Virus record (IMG/VR): IMGVR_UViG_3300033067_001315
Location: 1 to 24,419 of that record
Length of the DNA stretch: 24,419 nucleotides
Reading direction: 5' to 3' (one strand)
Origin: a virus
Lineage: Duplodnaviria; Caudoviricetes
Shown piece by piece: positions 8,305 to 16,531 of this stretch. The notes under the pieces were generated by a model that ran no database searches, was not told the DNA's origin, and worked only from the letters and a program-made list of their open reading frames with translations. A program made the translations under genes and the position numbers. The number at the start of each line of letters is the position of its first letter. Position 1 is the stretch's first letter.

Positions 8305-9821
8305 GCTGGCACCTCTGCCGGGGCTGGAGCGGCCTCATGCGCTGCAACGTCTGCGACCATCTGATCGCCACCAGGTACAGGCGGCAGGCCTAGGCGAGCG
8401 CGCGCCTCGTTGATGGTCACTACCGGGGATGTTAGGTGGTACTGATAGATCGGCGGCAGGTTCGCATGCGGCACCGATGCCTCAGGCCACTGGATCTCGT
8501 AGGCCTTTGCTAGCTTGGCGTAGTCGATCTCCACGCTCGCGGTCTTGAGCGCTGCGACGGCGCGAGCGAAGGACTCTAGGCGCTCGCCCGCCATCTTCCG
8601 ATCTTCTGGCGGGTCAACATCGTGCGAGGTGTACGGGGCCATGTCTGCATTGCCGAAGTTGAAAGCGGCGAATGGGCGCGTCACTTGCTGCCAAAGGTCA
8701 TGGGCTAGAGACGTGTTGTCAAAGTCGATCGCGGTTTGCTTGACGTCCGCGTGCACTGTCGCCGCCGCAAACGACCCAGTTGGGATCGTGGTGGTTGCTG
8801 TCTGCCAAAGGATCGAAAGGGTGATCGCCTCGTTCGCCTCGTTGCGCAGGCCTCGGAAGACCTCCCAAGAATTGTTATGCGCCTCAAGTAGTCTCACGTC
8901 GAACTTAGTGCCGTCCACATTGACTGGGCAGCCAATGACCGCCTCCGCGCCAAGGTTGACTAGAGAGTTGATAAACTGCCCCTTGTTCTCAGCGTTGGCC
9001 ATCGCTGGCACATCCGCCAAACGCATCGGTAGGCCGTGGACTTCCGAGCTACGGATCCAGTCACGCAGCGACCAATTGCGAGCGATCCACGGAGTGGCAA
9101 GTGCGCGAACGGAACCCTGCAACCATCCGCGATAGAGCCCGTGCGGCGCATGCACGAACCATCGACCGTTACCAGGTACGATCGGCTCTACGCCGTCCAT
9201 GGTTTGCGCGACTAGGACGCGTGCAGTCCAGTCGAAATACACGAACTGCATTGGCCACGGCTTTAGGATTGGTCTCCACGGGATAACACTTGTGTCCCAT
9301 TGGATCTCACAGACCGCTAGCCCCATACCGATCGCAACGCGCTTGATCTCCGAAAGGATCGATTCCGTCGCGGAGGTGCCGCCCATGCGCGCGTAGGCTT
9401 CTTTCCACGCGCCCAAGACTTCCCCGCTGGTGTCCGCATCGGCCTGATCAAAAACCGTCGGCAACCCAAAGAGCGCGGACGTTCGCTGGGATAGCGCGGA
9501 CTGGATCCGATCATCGCCCTGCATGGTATCGAACAGCATCGAGGACCCATTGAAGATCCCAAGCATGTGCGCGCTGAGCACATTTTGAATCGTCTGCCAC
9601 GTCCATCCGCATAGCGAGGACATGGCGGGGATGTCGCGATAGACCGCGCCAACGGTACGATCTCGATCCTCGGTCTTGAGTGGATCGACTGGAGCGCGGT
9701 ACGGATCCGCAGCTGGGATCACAGTACCCGGCTGCCACGTTTGCCACGGGCTTCCACCTTGACCGGGGTTCGGTAGGCGCACGACGGACGATCCAGAAAA
9801 CGGAGATGCCGGTTCGCTCAC
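8301..9821 (-). CDS. Portal protein (DUF935 / Mu gp29-like)
   Basis: 506 aa after TerL; DDRIQSALSQR, G.AVCEI.W, DW....EVHGLP, G..AAA.VH..V motifs. Confidence 0.88.
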   Translation of the reverse strand: MSEPASPFSGSSVVRLPNPGQGGSPWQTWQPGTVIPAADPYRAPVDPLKTEDRDRTVGAVYRDIPAMSSLCGWTWQTIQNVLSAHMLGIFNGSSMLFDTMQGDDRIQSALSQRTSALFGLPTVFDQADADTSGEVLGAWKEAYARMGGTSATESILSEIKRVAIGMGLAVCEIQWDTSVIPWRPILKPWPMQFVYFDWTARVLVAQTMDGVEPIVPGNGRWFVHAPHGLYRGWLQGSVRALATPWIARNWSLRDWIRSSEVHGLPMRLADVPAMANAENKGQFINSLVNLGAEAVIGCPVNVDGTKFDVRLLEAHNNSWEVFRGLRNEANEAITLSILWQTATTTIPTGSFAAATVHADVKQTAIDFDNTSLAHDLWQQVTRPFAAFNFGNADMAPYTSHDVDPPEDRKMAGERLESFARAVAALKTASVEIDYAKLAKAYEIQWPEASVPHANLPPIYQYHLTSPVVTINEARARLGLPPVPGGDQMVADVAAHEAAPAPAEVPA

Positions 9822-9827
9822 GCCATA

Positions 9828-9856
9828 GAACTACGCGCGCGATCGGTACTTGTAAA
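9828..9856 (-). promoter_or_regulatory. Putative sigma70-type promoter for portal (likely leaderless)
   Basis: TTTACA-17 nt-TAGTTC-6 nt-GTG start; no SD sequence. Confidence 0.4.
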
Positions 9857-9917
9857 ATACAATCAACGCTTTACATGGTGCGTTGCGTCGTGCTTTGCGC
9901 GATGCTTTACATTCGCC

Positions 9918-11285
9918 TTACAGGCGGCGCGATCCGAAAGCGAATTTGCCATCTTTGAAATCGCTCGCGCCTGCCATCAACATGTCAAACGCCGCTACCG
10001 TCGCGTCGACCTCGTCATCTTTGCCGCCGTCTCGCCCGTCAAATCCGCACATGCGCGAGATGTACTCAGCCGTCCACACTTGCCCCGCGAGCACGCGCAT
10101 GCGCCCGGTGTTCCACGATCGGGATGTTCCCTGCGCCCTGAAAAGTTTGTTGTACCTTGCAGGCATTCCATCGATCAGGACGGGCGGGGTTTCGAGCGCC
10201 AGCGTTTCAATATGCCCGCGCTCGTTGCCGCTCACGTAGCTTACCGGGCGGGCGCTGGGCTGTAGCGCGAGATCGTTACGGATGAGCGGCGCACTATCCT
10301 GAAGGCTCTTTTGCCAAGCGTGGACATATGTAACATACACGCAACCGTCCACGCCTAAACCAAGTAGAACCATCGCGGTCTTGTCAGACTTGGATGCATC
10401 GGTGTACGCGAGGTCGATGCCCCATGACCAGCGGACGATCGCCGGTAGCGCATCGCAAAGGGTAGCGTCCTTAAAGCATGCCCCCTCTGGCGGTTTCGGG
10501 TTGCCCTGAAAGAGCGACTCCCACTCGTAAGGGCCGATGTCCGCTTTGATGCTGAGAAGAAACTCTAGGTTGCGCGGCGCCTCTGGATCTGGGCCGTATG
10601 GGCAAAGCGCTTCCCCGTTTTCGTTGATGGCCTGAAGTCGCTTGTACGGCCAACCTAGTTCTTTGATCGCATAGCCTGACAGGTCTTCCTCATGATAGCG
10701 GGAGGCCATGATCACGTAGCTGGACTTGGGACCTTGACGCGTAAGGGCGACGGAGCGAAACCACGTCGAGACTAGTAACCGGTTTTCGTGGCTCTCGGCC
10801 TCCGCGCGATCCTTGATCGGATCGTCTACCCAAAAGAGCCGCGACGGCTTTCCTGTGCCTGGCCCCCCTGGTGACGTGGCGAAAAGGCCGCCGCCCTTAC
10901 CGGTCTTCCACTCTTTGATCGTATTGAAATCTTCCTGGAGCGGCCCGCCGGCCTCAGTGTAGATACGTCGGATCTCGCGCGAGTTGGCCGCGCTGAATTC
11001 TTGCGAATAGGTAGCGTAGATGATTGGCCAGTCCGGATGCCTTCCGATCAGCCACGCTAGACCATGAATAGCTAGCGTACTCTTGCCGTGCTGACATGGC
11101 GCGGCCTCCGCCTCGCGGACTACCTCACCCCTATCGATCGCGCTGAACGTGTCGATCATCATTTGCAGATGGTCAAAGCGCCCAAGCTGGGGCGACATTC
11201 GCGCAATGAATTCGTCCAGCGGGAGGGCAAAAAGCCCCTCAGCTATCGGGGCGGTAGGGGCTTTCTTTGCGTCGTAACGAGGCAT
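9918..11285 (-). CDS. terL: Terminase large subunit
   Basis: Walker A APCQHGKS, Walker B LFWVDDPIKD, SRYHEEDLSG, LFQGNP.P; nuclease acidic motifs GIDLA, SDKTA, DDEVDA. Confidence 0.95.
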   Translation of the reverse strand: MPRYDAKKAPTAPIAEGLFALPLDEFIARMSPQLGRFDHLQMMIDTFSAIDRGEVVREAEAAPCQHGKSTLAIHGLAWLIGRHPDWPIIYATYSQEFSAANSREIRRIYTEAGGPLQEDFNTIKEWKTGKGGGLFATSPGGPGTGKPSRLFWVDDPIKDRAEAESHENRLLVSTWFRSVALTRQGPKSSYVIMASRYHEEDLSGYAIKELGWPYKRLQAINENGEALCPYGPDPEAPRNLEFLLSIKADIGPYEWESLFQGNPKPPEGACFKDATLCDALPAIVRWSWGIDLAYTDASKSDKTAMVLLGLGVDGCVYVTYVHAWQKSLQDSAPLIRNDLALQPSARPVSYVSGNERGHIETLALETPPVLIDGMPARYNKLFRAQGTSRSWNTGRMRVLAGQVWTAEYISRMCGFDGRDGGKDDEVDATVAAFDMLMAGASDFKDGKFAFGSRRL

Positions 11286-11292
11286 GCGTGGG

Positions 11293-11321
11293 AGGATAGC
11301 ACGGGTCAGTAATTATCTAAA
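11293..11321 (-). promoter_or_regulatory. Putative extended -10 promoter for terL (likely leaderless)
   Basis: TTTAGA-17 nt-TATCCT with TGn extension, 7 nt before ATG; no SD (CCCACGC). Confidence 0.5.
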
Positions 11322-11599
11322 TCTGACGGTCCTGGGAACAGGTACCCGCAAGGCAGGCATGCGCCACCGCCCCACCTACCAAGACCGTCAATGCAAAATT
11401 CAACTTCCGTGATGACTGGATCGAAACAACGGCAGGCCTTCCATTCTCCGCGACGTTCGTGGATGTCTTTCCAAAACTGCTGACGCTCTTCTTTCGTTTT
11501 GAAAATGTTACTGCACATGATGTCTGCGCTGCCCTGATAGTTTCCGTACCCGATCACCGTATCGGTTCCAGGCACGTAAAACGTCACGCGCTCCATCAT
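11306..11599 (-). CDS. Hypothetical protein, Cys-rich
   Basis: 97 aa, abuts the upstream stop; CRC and CLPC motifs. Confidence 0.7.
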   Translation of the reverse strand: MMERVTFYVPGTDTVIGYGNYQGSADIMCSNIFKTKEERQQFWKDIHERRGEWKACRCFDPVITEVEFCIDGLGRWGGGACLPCGYLFPGPSDLDNY

Positions 11600-11806
11600 C
11601 TAGCCCACCCGATTTCGCAGCTCGACGATAAGCGCCATCACGTCGGGGTGGATCTTCCCGGTATCGCCAAGCACGCAAAAGCCGCGCGAATCGCGGACCT
11701 CCGTCCACATTTGCCGCCCGTCTAGCTCTGTAAAATTCGAACACGCTACGGATTTCCACGGCGCCGGGTACTTCGCGCACAGCTCGGCGAAACGGGCGGG
11801 GGTCAT
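11600..11806 (-). CDS. Hypothetical protein
   Basis: Start at ATG 11806 (ATGA overlap); MTPARFAELCAKYPAPW...ALIVELRN, a pattern common in small phage proteins. Confidence 0.7.
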   Translation of the reverse strand: MTPARFAELCAKYPAPWKSVACSNFTELDGRQMWTEVRDSRGFCVLGDTGKIHPDVMALIVELRNRVG

Positions 11807-12195
11807 CTGGCTTGCTCCGATACGGCAGACCACATCCCATGTCCGTCCGTGGTGACCGCGCCCACCCGTTTTAGGTTGCTCAAAATTACGGACACGGAGC
11901 GCTTCGCAATGCCTGAGCTTGTCCCGTAAACCGCATTAGCAATGTCGATCCGTGAGCATGCTCCGGACCTAACAGCCTCAAGTGTGGAGAGTGTTTTGAT
12001 GCCTCGAATGACGTACGGCCGCCGCTGCCCACCGCACGAGGCGTGCAGTCTTGCGTAGACATCGATCAGGACGGAAAACTTGTCCTCCGCCGACATCCCC
12101 TCTAGCGCCTCATCAACAAGCTCTCTCGCATAGGCGCGCGCCTCTGCTCTGGTGTAAGCATCACGAAGGCTGTTTTCCAAGTCATCAACGCTCAC
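11803..12195 (-). CDS. Putative winged helix-turn-helix DNA-binding protein
   Basis: C-terminal LEAVRSG.CSRIDIANAVYG...SVSVILSNLKRVGAV....GMW fits a wHTH pattern; 4-nt overlaps on both sides. Confidence 0.65.
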   Translation of the reverse strand: MSVDDLENSLRDAYTRAEARAYARELVDEALEGMSAEDKFSVLIDVYARLHASCGGQRRPYVIRGIKTLSTLEAVRSGACSRIDIANAVYGTSSGIAKRSVSVILSNLKRVGAVTTDGHGMWSAVSEQAR

Positions 12196-12455
12196 TTCTT
12201 CGCCTCGCTTTCGATGCGCCGATATTCGAGATAGGCCCGCATCAAATCTCCCAATTCACCACCGAGCATCAGGTGGCGCTCAACGGCTCCAAACACCTCC
12301 CGCCTCGCCATCGTTTCGCGAGCGTCGAAGCGGGTGACTTTGACAATGCGGCCTACGCGGGACGGGGACATTTGGCTTAGCGCATCGTCTCGGGTTCGCC
12401 GGTTTACTAGCAGCGTGCCAAGCTTGTCAGTGGCTTCCCAATGCACCCGCCTCAT
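12192..12455 (-). CDS. Hypothetical protein
   Basis: 87 aa; coupled by 4-nt overlaps on both sides. Confidence 0.7.
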   Translation of the reverse strand: MRRVHWEATDKLGTLLVNRRTRDDALSQMSPSRVGRIVKVTRFDARETMARREVFGAVERHLMLGGELGDLMRAYLEYRRIESEAKK

Positions 12456-12643
12456 TCGGTTGGCTCCGGAAGCTCTAAGCCGCTTGGAAACTGTTTACTG
12501 AAACACGAAAAACAAAGGTGCTTCGTGCCCCAATCCATGGGGGCCTTGACCGTGGCCCATTTCTCCGGTGCAAACTTTATGTCCACCGCCGTTACGCCGC
12601 ACAAGTCGCAGACATAGTCCCATCGCGTTGGTGTCGTACTCAT
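12452..12643 (-). CDS. Small zinc-ribbon protein (CxxC...W...HLCxxC)
   Basis: Start at ATG 12643 (ATGA overlap, GGAGAAGG upstream); CDLC and CFSC. Confidence 0.72.
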   Translation of the reverse strand: MSTTPTRWDYVCDLCGVTAVDIKFAPEKWATVKAPMDWGTKHLCFSCFSKQFPSGLELPEPTE

Positions 12644-13059
12644 TCGCCCTTCTCCTTCCGCCACTCGCCAAACTGAAGCCCATCCACGATCATGTCTCCG
12701 AGAATACTGATGACGGTCAGCTCGTCTTCCGTGTGTCGTGGCTTGGAGGAGCGCCAGAATTTAATCTCACGCTTCACCATCGCTATAGACTTGCGAATCA
12801 CCTCATTCTCGCAGTCAACCATCGCCGCCTCCGCCTTCTCGGCGCGGGCTTTCCAGTCGTTACGAGAGGCGCATTCGCGGCCATCTACATGCGGCAAAAC
12901 TTCTCCGCAGTGCGCGCAGTTGAACCGGTTCCGTTCTTCATGCGCAACAATGACCCCCTGCGCCGCTCGCTCGTAATTCGCATGGGCGTGGGCGTTGGCC
13001 TCCCACGTTTGACTGGTCGCGGCAAAACTCTCCCAGAGCACTTGCCCCATCGGCTTCAC
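12640..13059 (-). CDS. Hypothetical protein with CxxC and coiled coil
   Basis: GTG 13059 overlaps the upstream TGA; CAHC, WKARAEKAEA. Confidence 0.7.
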   Translation of the reverse strand: MKPMGQVLWESFAATSQTWEANAHAHANYERAAQGVIVAHEERNRFNCAHCGEVLPHVDGRECASRNDWKARAEKAEAAMVDCENEVIRKSIAMVKREIKFWRSSKPRHTEDELTVISILGDMIVDGLQFGEWRKEKGE

Positions 13060-13886
13060 GGATTGGCCTTTCGCTCGTAGTCCGCAAGCTCCTTGGCCGC
13101 ATCCATCACACGGTACGAGACGCCAAAGTCTTGGCACCTAGTAACTGCGCAAACGTCAGCAATCAACCGCTCGCGCTCGGGGTCGAACTTCTTCAAGCCA
13201 TCGAACTTCGTAATGGACATTTGCGCCCCGACCATCGGCTCAGAAATAAACATGGTCGTGAGCCCTTCGCCGCCCACAACCTTCGGAGGGAGGCAGCGAC
13301 TAGCCTGGACTTCTCGTGACATGTAGCTGTCAACACACTTCTCCGCCTCGGACTTTGACGAAAACGCCCATACCCCAAGACAGCCAGCAAATAGGCGCGT
13401 CACAATCCACACCCCATCAGAAGTGCCGGCTCCTTCGAGCCCTCCGCCGGCGGGAGGGGCTGACGGCCCTTCGTCGTATACGCGCTGTTGGCTATCTTGC
13501 TCGTGGTCTTTTTGGGCGGGGAGTTCGTCGATGCGAACCCTAACGCGAGCCCCAACTGGGGCGTTGCCGAACATATTCAAATCCAACCCGATGGCGCGCA
13601 CGGCTTCCGTTGACATTGCGCATTCAGAATCCGGGTGAACGCCGTAGCCGCTGTGATAGCGGGCCAGAATCACCTCAAAACTAATCGGCTTCCGCTCCTC
13701 CACGATGGTCCAGCCGTCGTCCAATGCCATGGATGGAGATTTTGCCTCCCGCCATGACCTCCCGTCGTCGACGCTTAGCTCGAACCAAAGGTCCGTGTCA
13801 CACTTGACCACTCGCCACCATGTGCCCGATGGATCGCTCGCAATCTTCCCTGCCCGCGTTGCGGGCAATACTTCTTCGAATTTCAT
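13056..13886 (-). CDS. Multidomain hypothetical protein with N-terminal Tad2/DUF2829-like region
   Basis: Start at ATG 13886 (ATGA overlap); MKFEEVLPATRAGK...SPSMALDDGWTIVEE resembles the DUF2829 end motifs. The family call is tentative. Confidence 0.6.
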   Translation of the reverse strand: MKFEEVLPATRAGKIASDPSGTWWRVVKCDTDLWFELSVDDGRSWREAKSPSMALDDGWTIVEERKPISFEVILARYHSGYGVHPDSECAMSTEAVRAIGLDLNMFGNAPVGARVRVRIDELPAQKDHEQDSQQRVYDEGPSAPPAGGGLEGAGTSDGVWIVTRLFAGCLGVWAFSSKSEAEKCVDSYMSREVQASRCLPPKVVGGEGLTTMFISEPMVGAQMSITKFDGLKKFDPERERLIADVCAVTRCQDFGVSYRVMDAAKELADYERKANP

Positions 13887-14026
13887 GGGCGCCACCCAAT
13901 CACATACGTGACCAGGCACTTGTGACAATGCGCGTGACGCAATCCCATCAACTCGAAAATGTCCAGAATGGCGTTGCGGTCGGCGCATACAAACTGTGAT
14001 TTGCTGTCTCGGTAGTGGTGCTTCAT
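13883..14026 (-). CDS. Hypothetical 47-aa protein
   Basis: Below the ORF-track cutoff; MKHHYRDSKSQFVCADRNAILDIFELMGLRHAHCHKCLVTYVIGWRP; ATGA overlaps at both ends fill the gap exactly. Confidence 0.65.
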   Translation of the reverse strand: MKHHYRDSKSQFVCADRNAILDIFELMGLRHAHCHKCLVTYVIGWRP

Positions 14027-14853
14027 CCCTCTTGCCCCGGCTCCCTAGCGCCAGACACTACGGGCGCCGCCTTAGTCTCCACAACCTTACCCGATGCCCA
14101 CCGCGCAATATACTCGCCGCGAGCCTCATCGAGTGCGCCGTTTTTAGTACGTAGCGCGTCAAATTGCACGGGGCATTTTACTAGCTCGCGCTCTCCCTTG
14201 CGTTCCGGGTTCCACGTGGGCACACCCTCCGCGCCCGGCTCTAGTAGACACCTCAGCGTCATCTCGTAGGCGAACTCGTCACCGCCGATGATCTGCCAGC
14301 CAAGTTGCTCCGGTTCTTTCTCGCCCTTGGTAATCTTGACCTTCTCCTTTGCCCTGAAACAAAAGATGAAATTGCAGTCCATCTGGAGGATCCCATTGAT
14401 GAGCGCGCGCCTAGCGCCCTTTGATTTGCCCCATGCCAGCATAGACATGGCCGCGCGCTTTTTGTAATCGTCGCCCGCCATCCGGTCTAGCTCAGTCTCG
14501 TGCATATCTAGGCAACCCCCGGCGCCCTCGTGCTCGTGCGAGATGCTGTCAACAATCACCGTTCGTGCGCCCTTGCCCACGCAGTATTTGAGCGCGTCTA
14601 GGTAGTCCAGTGAGCCGAACGGGGCCGCGAACGGCACATGGCGGAACTTGAACCGATCCGCGTAGTGAAGCGCTCGCTTGCTCTCTGTATCAATAAAGTA
14701 GATCTCCCCCGGCTGCACTCGCTGAATGCCCGTCGCTAGGCGTAGCGCGGAGTATGTTTTCCCGCCTCCGCTTGGGCCTATCAGGCCGATCAAAGTCTGC
14801 ACATCCGTGCGCTTGCCTTCAGAGTCGGCAAAGGATCTGGATTGGCGAGTCAT
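14023..14853 (-). CDS. Sak4-like (AAA_24) recombination ATPase
   Basis: GPSGGGKTYSALRLA Walker A, IDTE, IVDSISHEHEG.GG.L, FAYEMT; start at ATG 14853 (ATGA overlap); near the RecE-like exonuclease. Confidence 0.85.
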   Translation of the reverse strand: MTRQSRSFADSEGKRTDVQTLIGLIGPSGGGKTYSALRLATGIQRVQPGEIYFIDTESKRALHYADRFKFRHVPFAAPFGSLDYLDALKYCVGKGARTVIVDSISHEHEGAGGCLDMHETELDRMAGDDYKKRAAMSMLAWGKSKGARRALINGILQMDCNFIFCFRAKEKVKITKGEKEPEQLGWQIIGGDEFAYEMTLRCLLEPGAEGVPTWNPERKGERELVKCPVQFDALRTKNGALDEARGEYIARWASGKVVETKAAPVVSGAREPGQEG

Positions 14854-15086
14854 GGGAACACCTCGCGCTCGTGAATCACCACCCAGTCGCACGCGCAATC
14901 CCATGCGTGAACGACGGAAAGGGTATATTTCAGGCGCAAGTTTCGCGCTTTGGTCCACCCCTCTGGGTATATCGATTCCTTCATCATCCGACGCGCGCAC
15001 TTGAGTGCACCAGACTCCGAGGCATAGGTCCCGTACACGCTTCCGCCCTCATGCTGTTCTCCCATCTCCACAGTGTAGACTTTCAT
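14850..15086 (-). CDS. Hypothetical protein
   Basis: 78 aa; MKVYTV...EGG.VYGTYASE..A pattern; coupled on both sides. Confidence 0.72.
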   Translation of the reverse strand: MKVYTVEMGEQHEGGSVYGTYASESGALKCARRMMKESIYPEGWTKARNLRLKYTLSVVHAWDCACDWVVIHEREVFP

Positions 15087-15331
15087 TTGCGCACCACGTC
15101 CCCTGATTCGATCAACCTGTCGTTAGGGCTCATCACGATAAATTCGCTTTCCCTCATTAGAGCTGTTGCTCGCCGTCGATCTACTGACACGATAGGCCAC
15201 CAGCCGATGCCCGCCCCTTCGTGCCCCGTACCGAAAAACCAGCCGATGATATCGCGCTCGATCGCGGCGCGCTCTCCCACTCGCAAAGCTACCCTCCAGC
15301 CATCCGTCGCGGGCATTGGATTTGTGTTCAT
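15083..15331 (-). CDS. Hypothetical protein
   Basis: 82 aa; ATGA overlaps on both sides. Confidence 0.68.
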   Translation of the reverse strand: MNTNPMPATDGWRVALRVGERAAIERDIIGWFFGTGHEGAGIGWWPIVSVDRRRATALMRESEFIVMSPNDRLIESGDVVRK

Positions 15332-15540
15332 TCCGCCTGCTCCTTTATCCGCTCAGCCCTCATGCCGAGCTTGTCAAATACGCAATCGTCAAGCTCCATT
15401 TGGCAGTAATGGAAATCGTAATTCTTGGTCCGCCTCCACAGTTTTTTGGCGGTCGCCTGGACGTGGTCACTAACTAGCGGGATCTCTGAAAGATCCCTGA
15501 ACGTGTCACCAAAAATCTCCGCCGCGCTTCTGTCCGCCAT
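15328..15540 (-). CDS. Hypothetical protein
   Basis: 70 aa; TAATG overlap with the exonuclease; GGGAG RBS. Confidence 0.72.
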   Translation of the reverse strand: MADRSAAEIFGDTFRDLSEIPLVSDHVQATAKKLWRRTKNYDFHYCQMELDDCVFDKLGMRAERIKEQAE

Positions 15541-16361
15541 TATTCAATCTCTCCCATCTCTTGACTCATTGCCCACGCGGGGCAGTCCATGACGCTTGCG
15601 CCGTAGCCTGGCCATATGCCTGACGTGGTGCACTCATCCCAAATGTCTACCGCCCTTTGCCATCGCTTGCGCCCGTACTCGCGAAATGACTCCGCAAGCC
15701 TGACAACGTGTGTCGCATGCGGGGCGTCGGACTCGAAAAAGCCAAAGACGAAATCAGGTCCGGGGTCGGACGATGACATCGCGTACTCCTTACGCAGTGC
15801 CGACGTGTATGCGGCCTGCTGGATCGCGTAGTCAAATTTCACGATCGACCGTCGCACGTCATCGGGTACGCATGAGGCTGTAGATTTGAGATCGTATATG
15901 GCGGTGCCACGCAAAGCGTCTAGGCGACCTCGGCACTTGACCTTGCGCCCGCTGCGCGCCGTCTCTTCCCAGAAGATTGAAACCTCATACTCCGTCCCTG
16001 GTGACCACGCGTCAAATCCCGCCTCAGTCAGCTCAAACTTTATCTTGTTCGCGGCCTGGACCATCGCCTCACCTACGCCGATCGTGACCGGGGTCTTGCC
16101 CATCGCTAGCGCCTCGTCACGCTCTTTTTTCGCAACGTCAGATTTGAAGTCCTTTACAGGCCCGCCCTTGTAGATGGCCTGCATCATGTGCAGGTCTGAG
16201 CCATCGCCAAGTAAAAGCGAGTGCCACCCCCCCCCAACCCCCCTCACTACCTCGCCAGCTCTCCCAACGGCGGGACACGTCCTGAGTATCGCCCCCGCGG
16301 TCGACTGACTCAGCTCGCCCCCCTTAATGTACTCGCCCCAACTAAGCCCCCTGCGTATCAC
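15540..16361 (-). CDS. RecE/exonuclease VIII-like PD-(D/E)XK nuclease (DUF3799-like)
   Basis: EVSIFW, CRGRLD, YDLKST, Y.IQ.AAY, F.F.F.E...P, C..SG.WPGY motifs. Confidence 0.88.
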   Translation of the reverse strand: MIRRGLSWGEYIKGGELSQSTAGAILRTCPAVGRAGEVVRGVGGGWHSLLLGDGSDLHMMQAIYKGGPVKDFKSDVAKKERDEALAMGKTPVTIGVGEAMVQAANKIKFELTEAGFDAWSPGTEYEVSIFWEETARSGRKVKCRGRLDALRGTAIYDLKSTASCVPDDVRRSIVKFDYAIQQAAYTSALRKEYAMSSSDPGPDFVFGFFESDAPHATHVVRLAESFREYGRKRWQRAVDIWDECTTSGIWPGYGASVMDCPAWAMSQEMGEIE

Positions 16362-16531
16362 GATCCGCTCCCGAGCAGGACATCACAAGCCGCCTGTAGC
16401 AACCGCGCCGCCTCTTCAAGCGCCTCCGCCCTACCGGCCGCCATAGCCACGCGCAGGTGTAGCGTCCCCATCAGCCGGTCCATCCGGCCCTTGGCCAAGT
16501 CTAGTCGGTCCTGCTCTGATAGCTCGCTCAC
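16358..16531 (-). CDS. Hypothetical 57-aa helical protein
   Basis: Below the ORF-track cutoff; MSELSEQDRLDLAKGRMDRLMGTLHLRVAMAAGRAEALEEAARLLQAACDVLLGSGS; GTGA overlaps at both ends. Confidence 0.7.
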   Translation of the reverse strand: MSELSEQDRLDLAKGRMDRLMGTLHLRVAMAAGRAEALEEAARLLQAACDVLLGSGS

